Both the position numbers and the translations under genes were made by a program. Under the pieces are notes generated by a model. It ran no database searches and was not told the DNA's origin. It was given only the letters and a program-made list of their open reading frames with translations. From positions 19,543,640 through 19,607,639 of the forward strand of contig NC_068989.1 of assembly GCF_001194135.2 (NCBI RefSeq): a DNA stretch of 64,000 nt, in the 5' to 3' direction. Numbering within the stretch: position 1 is the first letter of the stretch; the number at the start of each line of letters is the position of its first letter. The DNA is from Octopus bimaculoides (lineage: Eukaryota). This document shows positions 1 through 12,400 of this stretch, one piece after another.

Positions 1-355
1 ACTGTACTCATTTCCAACCCTCACCTTACTGACAGCATCTCTGTACATGGCTCGCACAGCTCTCACTAACCATTCTTCTATCCCAAGTTTCCTCATTGAC
101 CACCAGATAAGGGATCAGGGGACCCTGTCAAAGGCTTTCTCCATGTCAACGAAGGCCAGGTACAGAGGTTTATCCTTGGCTAGATATTTCTCCTGCAGCT
201 GTCTCACTAGAAATATGGCATCAGTGGTGCTTTTACCTGGCACGAACCCAAACTGCATCTCATCTAAATTGATTCGCTCCCTAATTAGTTGGGCTATGAC
301 CCTCTCCGTAACTTTCATAACCTGATCTAACAGCTTGATGCCTCTAGGTAACAAA
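1..355 (-). mobile_element. RTE-clade LINE reverse transcriptase fragment (continues off left edge)
   Basis: ORF 115..354 reads QFGFVPGKSTTDAIFLVRQLQEKY...LAFVDMEKAFDRVP. After a frameshift it continues SLIWWSMRKLGIEEWLVRAVRAMYRDAVSKVRVG. These are non-LTR RT motifs. Confidence 0.9.
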
Positions 356-432
356 AGCTATCAACTACTTTGAGTGAGCTCAAGTTTCGGTGTGCTTGTA
401 TGAAGTGTTCCAATGCATCTAGATAAATATTA

Positions 433-710
433 GGGTGCCGCTGGACTGGCTCCTGTACAGGTGGCACATAAAAAACACCATTTGAGCGTGGCCGTTCCCA
501 GTACCGCCTGACTGGCCCTCGTACCGGTGGCACGTAAAAGCACCCACTACACTCTCGGAGTGGTTGGCGTTAGGAAGGGCATCCAGCTTTAGAAACTCTG
601 CCAGATCAGATTGGAGCTTGGTGCAGCCATCTGGTTCGCCAGTCCCCAGTCAAATTATCCAACCCATGCCAGCATGGAAAGCGAACGTTAAATGATGATG
701 ATGATGATAT
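433..710 (+). mobile_element. Abundant SINE-like retroposon with RTE-type 3' end and (GAT)n tail (representative copy)
   Basis: Core gagtggttggcgttaggaagggcatccagc...aacccatgccagcatggaaagcg..cgttaaatgatgatgat recurs more than 10 times in both orientations (about 2800-3110 -, 11690-12015 +, 21900-22410 +, 23115-23385 -, 23860-24045 +, 31210-31430 -, 42255-42462 +, 53945-54258 -). Confidence 0.85.
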
Positions 711-763
711 ACGATAAGAAATTCAGGAGTATATTTTGCTAAGTAACAGGATATAGAACATAC

Positions 764-847
764 CTGAGTACCTTGGTGGGACCAAGGAGTTTCCTCCAGG
801 TATTAATTGCATCATCACGAGCAAGAACATGAACACCAATTGGGCCA
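764..847 (-). CDS. NME6: NME6 coding exon 4 (84 nt): (S)GPIGVHVLARDDAINTWRKLLGPTKVL(R)
   Basis: Acceptor ttttccttcag and donor AG|GTATGT. Phase 2 start matches exon 3. Resembles NME6 SGPIRAYILAHKDAIQLWRTLMGPTRVFR. Confidence 0.95.
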
Positions 848-999
848 CTGAAGGAAAAGAAAGAAGAAAATGTTTATTCTTTAAGATGGAATACTATAAC
901 CAAAATCAAAATTTACAGGTATACATGAAGTAATAATTGTAAGAAAATTTTTTAGATTCATGACTGGAAAAAGAACATAGGCACTGCTGCTGTGGTTGA

Positions 1000-1135
1000 T
1001 GATGATGCCAATGATGATGATGCCAATGATGATGATGCCAATGATGATGATGCCAATGATGATGATGCCAATGATGATGGTAGTGGTGGTGGTGATGAAG
1101 ATGATAACAATGATGATGATAACGACGATGACAAT
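1000..1135. repeat. (GAT)n microsatellite with a 15-nt gccaatgatgatgat higher-order unit (about 5 copies)
   Basis: Read directly from the sequence; lies in NME6 intron 3. Confidence 0.9.
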
Positions 1136-3895
1136 GTAAGATATTTTATCAGTAACTTTACAGATTCCGCTATCAAATACCCTTGGAAGTAATAATTGTT
1201 TTAAACAAAGGCATAATACAAGAAATTTGAGGGGAGGGGGCTAGTTGATTAAAGTGACCCGGTACTTGAATGGTACTTTATTATATCGACATCAAAAGGA
1301 TGAAAGGTAAAATTGACCTTATCAGGATTTGAAACATGGTATTTAGATTTTGTTAAATACTCTTTCCCACAAATATTTATAAGTTATATATTTCCTGCTG
1401 TATCTTTTAGCTTTTACTTGTTTCGGTCATTTGATTGTGGCCATGCTGGGGCACTGCCTTAAGGAATTTTAGTCAAACAAATCAATCCCAGTCTATGTTC
1501 TTTTTTTTTAAGCTTGATACTTAGGAGTAGCTGTGTGGTAAGAAACTTGCTTACCAACCACATGGTTCTGGGTTCAGTCCCACTGGACTCAGAACCATGT
1601 GGTGGGAAGCAAACTCCTTACCACATAGCTATCCCTGTGCCTGTATGCTTATATTTATTTTCTATTTATTTCATGTCAGACTTCGTGAATAACAGTGTCG
1701 ATTGTTTCAGGTCTTCAATGGGTCAATCATTGGTCCACTGCATTTACAACAATGAGAGTGACGTGGAATTTCCTGTGTATTTTTGGGTAGAACAGTTAGG
1801 GATTGATGTTGTTAGCGTTGTCATCATCATCATCATTTAATGTCCATTTTCCATGCTGGCATGGGTTAGGTGGTTTGATTGGTGATGGTAAGCCAGAGAG
1901 CTGCGCTAGGCACAGTGTACTGGGTGCATTTTACATGTTACCAGCATGGTGACAATACAACAGTGTACTTCAGTTTGAAAGCACAAGTATACTGGTTTTC
2001 TCACTAATGTTGACAGCTTTCACCAATATATATTAGTGAAAAATGTGCACATACATACATAAAGATGATGCTCCAGCATGACTAACTGTAATACTAAAAC
2101 ACATTAATGAATATATACAACAGGTCTCTACACAGTTTCTGTTTACTCCAGCATGGTTTTAACAATGATGGCTAAAGCAAACTAAAGAACTATAAGGTAT
2201 TGTCCAACCCAAAGCTATGGTAGAAGATATTTTTACCAAGGTACTGTTCAGTGGGATTGAACCTAGAACCATGTGGTTGCAATACAAACTTCTTAACGAT
2301 TTTGCAGTATTTACTTTATAATCATTTTTCCTAAAGTAATGGAAAGGCAAGTTTTTGCAAACTTCAAACATTTGTACACTATAGGAGTAAGTATGTGAAA
2401 TTGCTAGCAACAGGAAGATTGCCTTTCATACAGTTAACCTTTCTACCTAAGGGTTAAATGGGAAAGGACAAAATAAAATTGCTGTAACAAAGGCCATCAG
2501 TAGATCTGGTTTTATAAAAACCTTATTGTTAGATACTAAAGAGGATGAGAGATTGAAGGTGATAGAGAAGCTTGTTGCTAATGGCTGTCTCTATAACTTT
2601 TGAGACGTTGGAAGAGCCAGAAGAAGTGCGGTTTTGGAGATTAGGTCAATTGTAGTGTTTCTAAAAATCAGGATATAATCAAGAAAGTGATATGCTTATT
2701 ATCCCAGGATAATAGCATAGAGATTGTGAGGGTTTATCACCTTCTTGGTTGGAAGTGACCAGAGGTACTTTGCAATTCAGCATGTATGTGTGCCTTCATC
2801 ATCATCATCATCATCATCGTTTAACGTCCGCTTTCCATGCTAGCATGGGTTGGACGATTTGACTGAGGACTGGTGAACCAGATGGCTACACCAGGCTCCA
2901 ATCTGATTTGGCAGAGTTTCTACAGCTGGATGCCCTTCCTAACGCCAACCACTCAGAGAGTGTAATGGGTGCTTTTATGTGTCACCCGCACGAAGGCCAG
3001 TCAGGCGGTACTGGCAACGGCCACGCTCAAAATGGTGTATTTTATGTGCCACCCGCACAAGAGCCAGTCCAGCGGCACTGGCAACGATCTCGCTCGAAAA
3101 TCCTTACACATGTCACGGGCACAGGCACGGGCCTTGTATAGTTGAAAGAGATAGTTTTAGTGGATAGTTAGTGTGTGTGTAGTGTGGCAAAGTATCTAAA
3201 TGGGCATAGAATGTAAAGACTATCTCTGTGAAGTACTGCTTATAGAATCATGGTTGAGAAGAAGTGAAATAAAAGAAGAATGTGGAAAATTCACAGCAAT
3301 CCTTTTGGCAAGGGACAGAAAAGATCAGCTGCAATTTAAGGGATGAGAGAGCTTGCAGATTGTGCAATGTATGGAGGCAACCTTTGTGGTATGGATGATG
3401 ATGATGATGCAAGAGTTACAGTGCTGGTAAAAGTCCAGTTTGAGTTTTAGTTGTGTGCAAGATATATAGGGACATGCCTGAGAGGTTTGTTTCACTCATC
3501 CACCGAGTTGTTTCTGACAGGTCAGGAATGAAGAACATGTGCTGCAAGGGATAATTAACATAGAACTGGTGGGGCCTTAACCAGTTAGTTGACTTGAAAT
3601 AACATAGGGTCCAGAAAGTTGTTGCACAGAATGTAGATATAATATAGGGAGTTTTAATAAGGTCGTGGTTGGATGACCTGACAGGTATAGAGATGGTGAT
3701 AGCTTGGTAGTGGTGTGGTTTGGTGGTGAGAAAGAAATTAAGGTTTTTTAGTGCCTTTGTATCAGACAAGGATAACTGAATTATAAAAATATGGGATTTA
3801 AAAAAAAAACCCCAAAAGCAACCATTCAGTGATAAACAACTATAGAGTTGACTGAAACACAATATGGTAGTATAACAAAAGTTGGTGTTACTCAC

Positions 3896-3935
3896 CTGCA
3901 CATGAAGGTCACCAATCGGTTATAGAAGAATTTTT
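3896..3935 (-). CDS. NME6: NME6 coding exon 3 (40 nt): (E)KFFYNRLVTFMC(S)
   Basis: Acceptor tttcatttcag and donor AG|GTGAGT. Phases 1 to 2 fit the neighbouring exons. Matches NME6 RFFYQRLVEFMAS. Confidence 0.95.
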
Positions 3936-4001
3936 CTGAAATGAAAAACCTAAAGTAAATAGGATGGAAATGGAAAGCTTCTCAAATAAATAAATGATAT
4001 A

Positions 4002-4186
4002 CCATATTTGATGGCATAAAAGATATACAGGCATTTTAGATGCATCCCAATTTCAGCAGTGCATATTCAAGGGAAAAAACTTTCTATGCATTAAAACATG
4101 TAGTATATGCCCAACTTCACAAATAGGAGTTTTTCAGACATTTTTTGTAGAAAAAGTAAGTGCATCTTATATGCTATCAAATAAGG
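4002..4186. mobile_element. pogo/Tigger-like MITE
   Basis: Imperfect 23-bp TIR (ccatatttgatggcataaaagat versus reverse complement ccttatttgatagcatataagat) flanked by TA on both sides. Confidence 0.7.
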
Positions 4187-4513
4187 TAAATATACTTTTA
4201 TATACCTAGAATATATAGATTTGGTGATGTAAACTGGAAAATGGCACTCAAAACACGAGTATAAGTATATTCTTTTATTAATACTCAGCAGAAGTTATTG
4301 AGTACTCAAGGGCTGAGAGTTTCATGCATTGACACTGATCAAAAGTATCTCAACCGTTACATATATATACTTTTGAGAACATTCTCTTCCAGATTTATAT
4401 AAAAAGGCATAAATTTTCTGTAAAAAATCATATCTCAGAAACAAATGGGATGAAAGCACTAATAAATGATTATCCAAAATTCTGATTACCTCCTTCTTCT
4501 TAATATATATATA

Positions 4514-4914
4514 GGCGTAGGAGTGGCTGTGTGGTAAGTGGCTTGCTTACCAACCACATGGTCCAGGGTTCAGTCCCACTGCGTGGCATCTTGGGCAAGT
4601 GTCTTCTACTATAGCCTCGGGCCGACCAAAGCCTTGTGAGTGGATTTGGTAGACGGAAACTGAAAGAAGCCCGTCGTATATATGTATATATATATATGTA
4701 TGTGTGTATGTGTATGTGTTTGTCCCTCCAACATCGCTTGACAACCGATGCTGGTGTGTTTATGTCCCCGTAAGTTAGCGGTTCGGCAAAAAAGATCGAT
4801 AGAATAAGTACTAGGCTTCTAAAGAATAAGTCCTGGGGTCGATTTGCTCGACTAAAGGCGGTGCTCCAGCATGGCCACAGTCAAAAGACTGAAACAAGTA
4901 AAAGAGTAAAAGAG

Positions 4915-4916
<2 letters not shown>
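4514..4916 (+). mobile_element. Full-length tRNA-derived SINE (ggcgtaggagtggctgtgtggtaag family) with internal (TA/TG)n
   Basis: tRNA-like head with A box tggctgtgtgg and B-box-like ggttcagtccc; ends in an aaagagt tail. Other copies at about 54272-54657 -, 47655-48010 +, 43690-43935 -, 62245-62910 - (gapped), plus many fragments. Confidence 0.85.
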
Positions 4917-4954
<38 letters not shown>

Positions 4955-5147
4955 TACACACTCACATACATACACATCAAGACAGCATCTAACTTGATGC
5001 CTCCCAGAAGTTTCAGAAAGGAATATTTTAACACACACACACGCATGCACCCATGCACATACAATTCTTTTAATACTAACTTAAAACTTGAGAAGTAAAT
5101 TTTCATTATAGAATGAAAGTAAATTAATAATATACTTTACTACTGAC

Positions 5148-5250
5148 CTTGATGCACACTATAAAATTGTTCAGCTTGTTCTCTGCTTAATTTCACCATT
5201 TTAGTACGGACAAGCCAAAATTCATTCTCAAGCATAATTCTTCGAATTTC
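5148..5250 (-). CDS. NME6: NME6 coding exon 2 (103 nt): EIRRIMLENEFWLVRTKMVKLSREQAEQFYSVHQ(E)
   Basis: Acceptor aaattgcag and donor AAG|GTCAGT. Phase 0 to 1. Contains the NDPK A.xFY.xH motif. Confidence 0.93.
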
Positions 5251-5479
5251 CTGCAATTTCAACATTCATTTTAGAAAAAAATAATCTGTCAACCAATATG
5301 AATTTACAAAAAAGTTTTAGATAGTCATGGGACCAAATTTCTCATTTCTAGTTGTTAGTTTATCACCATAGCTGAATGAAAGACCAAGTTTTTCTATTGT
5401 GATAAAATACCAGTAATATAATCACAGGGAAGAAACATGGATGAAACTTCATGCCTTATTTCAAACACTGGGTTATATC

Positions 5480-5647
5480 CAGTGGCATATGGTGGTTGTT
5501 GTACTGGGCGCACTACCACCAAATTTTAAGTAGGGGTATAACAAAAATTTTCCATTAAGATTTGTGATTAAATTAATGAGTGAGGTTAATATTTATAATG
5601 AATTTGCCATTTTCACACACCTAGCACACCCAGAATATATGCCCCTG
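5480..5647. mobile_element. hAT-type MITE (168 bp)
   Basis: TIR cagtggcatat / atatgcccctg (10/11) with a perfect 8-bp target-site duplication gttatatc at 5472-5479 and 5648-5655. Confidence 0.85.
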
Positions 5648-5741
5648 GTTATATCATAGAGCAAAACAACAACTATTTGCAGTTTCAATTCCAGACTAAC
5701 TACAATGGGGAATATCTATTACATTGAACTCAAGCCGATAA

Positions 5742-5789
<48 letters not shown>

Positions 5790-7929
5790 GACACACTCAA
5801 CCCTGGGAGGTTTAAAACAGCTGCTACTTAGCTTTGCTTTCCTATGGTTAAACAGATGAGAGATAAATTGTGCATTTGATAAAATGTCTATTTATTGCTG
5901 TAACATATCTAAAAATTCTTTCCCAACCCTGTTTACAACATTCATCTAACATATGTATCTGACCTCTTTCACCCCATGTCTATACCCACTTCACTCCTTC
6001 TTCACTCTTCTAACTTCACCCACTGCCCTCCCTGACACTTCTGCATCCTCTCCTCTATACATCTCTTGGACATGTGAACATGAGAATATGTTCTAACACC
6101 TCATCATCACTATATTTACTTCTTTTGAGCTTCACTCCAGCTTCCCCATCCACCCTGTAAAATACAAAGTAGCCTTGAATCTCCTCCACAAAGAATAACC
6201 TATTTCTGCTCCCCTCATTATACTTTAATCTCTCAATACCTTGCTTTTAAAGTATTTACTCTCTCTCTTTCTCCTATTCTTCCTCTCATTCAAGGAGGCT
6301 CTTCAATTTAGCAAGTTACAAGTTAACATAATTTTCCGTCTTATTGGATCCTGTCAAAATGCCCAACCCATGCTAGCATGGAAAGCAGGTGTGAAATGGT
6401 GATGATGATTTCCAATAGTTGAAGCATTGAAAAATTAAGTATCCAGGTCCATCTGAATAAAACTAAGCAAGAAAACATAAATCTGCAGGACAATTTTACC
6501 TCTTCAACATAATTGTCCACAGTTCAACCTAGATCCTACCCAGCAATGCCTACTAATACATAATCCACATAGCCGTTCTTTCTTAAAATACTAATCTCAC
6601 ATCTTCTGCCTTACTGATCTTTTTTCTCAAGACTATATACTCTGTATTCCAACTTTGCTCTGGAACACTATGCCTACACAAAGGTAGAAACCAATAACTG
6701 CATCATTTACTCTCTTTTCCAGATTTTAACACCAAAGATTTCCAGTTACTTTGGTTCAATGAACATCTTAAACACTTCTCTATAATTCATTTATTACCTC
6801 AACTACCTTTCAGATTCCTCTAACTATTAACAGTTGTTTGTGGCTGGACATGTTTAAAAGGTAGTTTTTTGACTTGCAATGAAGGCATCTGCTTCACTTC
6901 ATCCCTCTCTGAACTGAACACCTTTGATGATTTCAGAATTTTTTTTGATTTTTGTACATCTCTTATACCAATGCTGCTGACAGAGAGGGACCAAATCAAT
7001 CATTTGCTATTCTCAACTGTCTGCACCAATTAGTATTAACATCTATTTGAATACCTAAAAGACACACCAACACCTACTGATGCAGGTCTATTAACCAGAA
7101 ACTTCTGCTTTTCACACCATATTTAATCTCTAGGCACATGAGTCAGCAAATTGCTTTGTCAAACGGAGCACTTCACATCTTAATAATTCCTCTGGTTTTA
7201 GTCAAACAGCTACATAAAATTTCATTATTTTTGCAGGGCTAGCTGTCTAAGTTAACTTAGATTCAGAACATCTTACCTGCAAATATAAACAGAAAGACTT
7301 TTGCCTCTGTTCTTATTTTAGCTGGTGGTACATTAACTTATTGGGAACATGTGAGGTTGACAAGAAGAGCATCCAACTGTAGAAATCCATCTGACCCATA
7401 CAAGCATGGAAAAGTGGACATTAAATCATGATGGTGATGATGATTTATCCTTACCAGCCCTATTAAAGACCAGAGTGTAGGGCTCAGTTTTAATTACACA
7501 AGCAAGTATATATGTAATGTATATAAATAATTAATATTTCGTTTTTGGATTTGGTTTGCAAGATTCTTTATGTGTGTAACCTGATATGTATACAGACACA
7601 ACAAAATAATTTATAGTTTTATCAAAATAGAAATGTTCTCATACATGTGTATACACACATATTGAGACTTGCAAGTACACACAGTACTATGTTGGGTTTC
7701 TATTTTTAATTCATTATGAAAAATATTTAACTGTCAATATTGGTGTGTATTTCTAAAATATTCCTTACTTTAGTTAAGCTGTTTGCTCCCTATGGAGTAT
7801 AGGTCTTGGATGATATTTCTCCACTCTCAAGTCTAGACCATCTTTTCTGCTTTTTTCCAGTGAGATCCCTACTTTTTCAACTCTGTCTCAATATCCTTCC
7901 TCCAGCTATTTTTAGGGCATCTCTTCCCC

Positions 7930-8215
7930 CACCTCTTGTAGGATTGATATGTATGTTTTTTGGAAGGAAGGCCTTCCTCTCTCAGGTCTTGTTGGCTTTG
8001 AATTATCATCAATGCTTCTATTTTTCTAGGTAGGGGTGTTGGTCCCATACAAACTCATTTTTACCTTTGGGAAGAGATGGTTCATATTAGTCTGGTCTCT
8101 ATCCATTGACCTATCTGGCCTGGGAGACCATATCAGGAGCTTACACCCTGCTGGTATAGCTCTCAGGGTCACAGAAGCACACAAGCTACCACACTGCAAC
8201 AAGGACTGGACTTTG
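7930..8215 (-). mobile_element. RTE-like 5' UTR remnant (non-autonomous derivative)
   Basis: The minus strand starts ccttgttgcagtgtggtagcttgtgtgcttctgtgaccctgagagctat, which resembles RTE/Expander 5' ends as I recall them. No ORF. Confidence 0.4.
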
Positions 8216-9132
8216 TGGTGATTCTAAATATTCCACTCTCTATTTAAAGTGAGAGAGAATACAATTTGTGTAAAACTGGCTTTATATTGTTTATGTATTA
8301 CTTTTATTATATATCTTCATACATCACTATAGTATACACTGACAGACAGTTGCATCTTTGATTGTGGTTTTGTTGGACTGAGGGTGGACAACAACTATAA
8401 CCATTAATACTCATTACTAAAGCCATCATATTGAATAGTCATAGATATAACTATATCCTGCTAGCATGGTAGGCGGACGTTAAATGATGATGATGATGGT
8501 CAAAGCTGAAAATTTCTTTGATCATAGGTCTGCTGTATCAGAGTAATTTTAATCTAATGTTGTTTCAAGGGTGTATATTAAATTAACTCAAGTCTAGTCA
8601 ACATCCACACAAATTAGCAAATGTCTTGTTTGCTGAATTCTAAGCTCCAACTTAGCTCAAAAGACCCAGGGGTGTTTGTTACTGAAAAGGCCAAACCAAG
8701 CTGAAACACTTGTGTTTGACAATCTACTGACATCATTCTGAAAGAGCTTAGTGTTTTTAAAAGAAGTTTTCTGAGACAATATTACAGTTAGCCCTGTTCT
8801 ACATTTGTATACATATCAGGTTACACACATCATTATTATAATCTAATGCTGTTTTAATTCCATGTATTGATTTAACACAATCCTGGTTGGCTTCCTCACT
8901 AATCAGTAAATGTTTCATTTGTTGATTTCTGTATTGGAATGAAAGCCCCAACTTATCTCAGAATGACCAAGAATACTTGTCACTGAGGAGACTAAATCAA
9001 GTGGAAACACAAGTGTTTGACAGCCTGCTGATGTCATTCTCAATGAGTTCCATGCTTTTAACAAGAAATCTTTTAAGAGAAATTTCTCTCAGATAAAGTA
9101 TTACAGCTAGTACTGTCCTACATTTATATATA

Positions 9133-10345
9133 TTGGGTCATCCTATAAATAATGCAGGTTTTTTATACTTTTTTTACTTTTCAAAATTAAGATAGACTTG
9201 CAAGGCTCCTCTTCCAAAATTCACTTGTCTGTGACAAAAAATACTACTCCAGTACTGTTCTGACCTCGTCTACAGAATTAATATTTTTTCTAACCAAATG
9301 ATTTTGAAGACTGCAGAATAAATGATAATCAAATGGGGCAATATCCGACGAATATGGTGGGTGGGGCATTGTTTTCCATTCAAACTGCTCCAGCCTTTGG
9401 ACTGTCATCCTCACTTGATGTGGTCGAGCATTATCCTGATGGAAGAACACCTTTTGTCTTAAAACCAAAGATGGTTGTTTTTCTTCTAGCACTGACTTAA
9501 GCTGCTCAAGCTGCTTACAGTAGATCTCCTTTGTTATCATTTGGTTTGGGTTTAAAAGTTCAAAGTGGAATAAACCTTTCATACCCCACCAAACAGGTAA
9601 CATCTTATGTGAATGAAGATCTCTTTTAGCCTGGGGTGCCAGTGTTTCTCCTTTCCCTACCTACTGTCTTTGGCACTTGACATTTTTATAGAAAACCCAT
9701 TTCTCATTACCAGTCACTATTCGGTTAAAAAAAGGTTCATTTGTGAGACGTGACAGTAAAGAAGAGCACACATTCACTCTCTGCACATGATTAGACTCAA
9801 AAAGTTTATGAGGAACCCATTGACCCAATTTGCTGACTTTTCCGATGGCACACAGGTGTTGATGAATGTTTGAATGACCAAATCCAAGATTCTCTAGTAC
9901 TTCCTCAACAGTTACGATGGGATCTTGTTTCACTAGGGTATACAGAACTTCCTTATCAAGATCTACAGATCTCCCAAGACGAGGCTCATCTTCTAGGCTG
10001 TAGTTTCTGGCTCGGAATTTCTGGAACCACCATTGATGCTGCCTTACGCTTATTGTCTGATATCCATATACTGCATTAATATTCCTTGCACTTTCCATTG
10101 CATTGTTGCCTTTATTGAACTCATAAAGCAAAATATGCTGAACATGCTTTGTCACTTCTATTATAGCTTTGAAAAAATAACTGTTAAAATCAAACTGCAC
10201 TCTTCAAGACTTGCACTAAGAATAAAGACAAGGTAAAATTACTACATACTTTTATAGCAAGTTGATGCAAGTAGTTATCCCATTCCCCTCCGACTTTTAG
10301 CTCATGCAATTGAAAAAACTGCATTACTTATGGGAGCATTACTAA
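9133..10345 (-). mobile_element. Degenerate near-full-length mariner transposon (DD34D)
   Basis: ORFs 9661..10200 and 9244..9603 carry an HTH, IVTGNEKW (first D mutated to N), FHQDNARPH and YSSDIAPFDYHLF. TIR ttgggtcatcctataaataatgcagg follows a TA at 9131; the partner TIR near 10315-10345 is degenerate. Confidence 0.9.
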
Positions 10346-12242
10346 TGTTATTTCCAGTGTGTATATTGATCTAACTTTGTGGGGAGTGGGGGTGGAAAGA
10401 AATAACATAGTTAATCAATCTACAACTTTTCACAACAATCTGTTCCCCCCCCAAAAAAAACTCAAAAAATTCATTGTTATATGAAAAAAGACAAAAAAAT
10501 TCTTTTCTGAAAATAAATGCTAATCAGATTAAACTTAATCTAAATTATAACGTTCTACCTTGAAGTAATTCAAGCAAAAATGCTAATAAGAATACCACAA
10601 GATACTCTTAAAAACAAGATGGTAATAGACTGCATGCCTTTTTATGTCAGATAGACATATTACATATGTATTATATTTGTAGTGTTTGTAGTAGGACATA
10701 TGTGTTTATAAGTTAAGATTAGCTAAATATCATTAATATTTATTTATTTTAGAAGTAATAACATTCTAGAATGAAATCCAGTTTGGTAAACAAACCTTTA
10801 TAAATTGTCAGAACAGCAGGTTACCATGCTCTCTCCTCCCACTCCCTATCATGCCCAATACAGCCAGCCACCGTTATTACTTCATCAGTTACTGCATCTC
10901 ACCATTCTACTGGTTAAGTTCTTCTCCCCTTCCACTTTTAGAAATTCATGCCTTCCAACAACCTGCCCCCAACCCATTACTTCAATTACCACAATTTCCA
11001 CCAGTCAACTGTAAGGAGCTCCCATTCTTCTTATCTCTTCCAGGATGCAACCTGCTAGTATAATGTCAGCTCACCCACACTGCCTTTCATTTTTCAGAAC
11101 TCATACACTGTAAACAAAACTACAAGCTTACCATAACCTCTTGCTTCCTTCATTACCACCAGTCTGTTAGCATCCCTAGCAACATTATGGAAAGACAGGA
11201 GACATAATGAAGACAACCATTGACTATAAGAGCAGAAATTCTGAAAAATTTGCACAAGGGAGTCAAGAACTCCATAAGACACAGGGAAGCCAACTTGTCT
11301 GGGAGAGCAAATCTCTTCTTCCGTGTCTAATGTCTTCTGTCAGCTAGTCCCTTTTTCACTTCTAGAATTCTTGCACACCAAATAAACCACCTGCTTACAA
11401 CAAGCTGTCTCTTTCCTTAATGCCACTACACCCATGGCAGCATTATGGAGAGAAATGAGCCTTAATGAAGGTAACTTGACTCAGGGAAAGTAGAATGCCT
11501 GAAAATTCTGCATGGGGGGATGTGGACACTACAAGCCTCAGCGAAGGCAAACTAACTTGGAGAATAGCAACTCTGAATAACAAACATAGTGTGAAAGGAG
11601 TACTTTACTCCTGCTAGACAATCTTTCTAATGTAGTTGATATGATATATTGAATCCATGCTGTTATGTGATTTGTGAGCGTCACCTTCCTGGCACTTGTG
11701 CCGGTGGCACATGTAAAGACATTCAAGCGAGATTGTTGCCAGTGCCCCTGGACTGGCTCCTATGCAGGTGGCACGTAAAATACACCATTTTGAGTTTGGC
11801 CGTTGCCAGTACCACCTGACTGGCCTTTGTGCCAGTGGCACGTAAAAGCACCCACTACACTCTTGGAGTGGTTGGCATTAGGAAGGGCATCCAGCTGTAG
11901 AAACTCTGCCAGATTAGAGCCTGGTGTAGCCATCTGGTTCACCAGTCCTCAGTCAAATTGTCCAACCCATGCTAGCATGGAAAGCGGACGTTAAACGATG
12001 ATGATGATGATGATGAAAAGGCATCTTACTGGGAAAAACCCTGTAAATATGACTGTCAATTCAATGAAAAAACCCTAATTGGAAATGCAGGACAAACACT
12101 ATCATGTTAATAGTGTGTAGTAATCAAGTGGAAACATCTAGCCATGGGTAAAAACCTTTCATGACATCAAACAGTTGCACAAACTCTTTTCCTTTCATGT
12201 ATAGGAAACAGACATCAAGCAAATGACCCATCAATGCTGGTA

Positions 12243-12400
12243 CAATGAAAGGTAGGTCTAGTGAAATTGTAGAAATGCAAGAACAGAATAAATGTAGAGT
12301 GGATGTGTGCTGTGTACAAGGTGAGCCGGAGGGGAGGGGCTCAACCAGATTCTTCATGGGTAATACAATACACCACTACAAATACGTTTTTTTTTTCTGG
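12243..12400 (+). mobile_element. RTE APE-endonuclease N-terminal fragment
   Basis: MKGRSSEIVEMQE...VDVCCVQ; same family as the fragment at 41975-42235. Confidence 0.7.

Noticed and set aside
992-1192. Asp-rich ORF (DDDAN repeats) as an acidic protein
   Set aside because: It is a translation of a (GAT)n microsatellite inside NME6 intron 3, with no splice or homology support.
2908-3167. Recurrent ORFs containing AEFLQLDALPNANHS (also at 11760, 21767, 23182, 42204, 54024) as a gene family
   Set aside because: They are translations of the same SINE-like repeat; frames and stops vary from copy to copy.
3416-3901. 161-aa ORF overlapping NME6 exon 3
   Set aside because: It begins at the exon end and reads through the donor into intronic, purine/pyrimidine-skewed decayed repeat; no recognisable homology.
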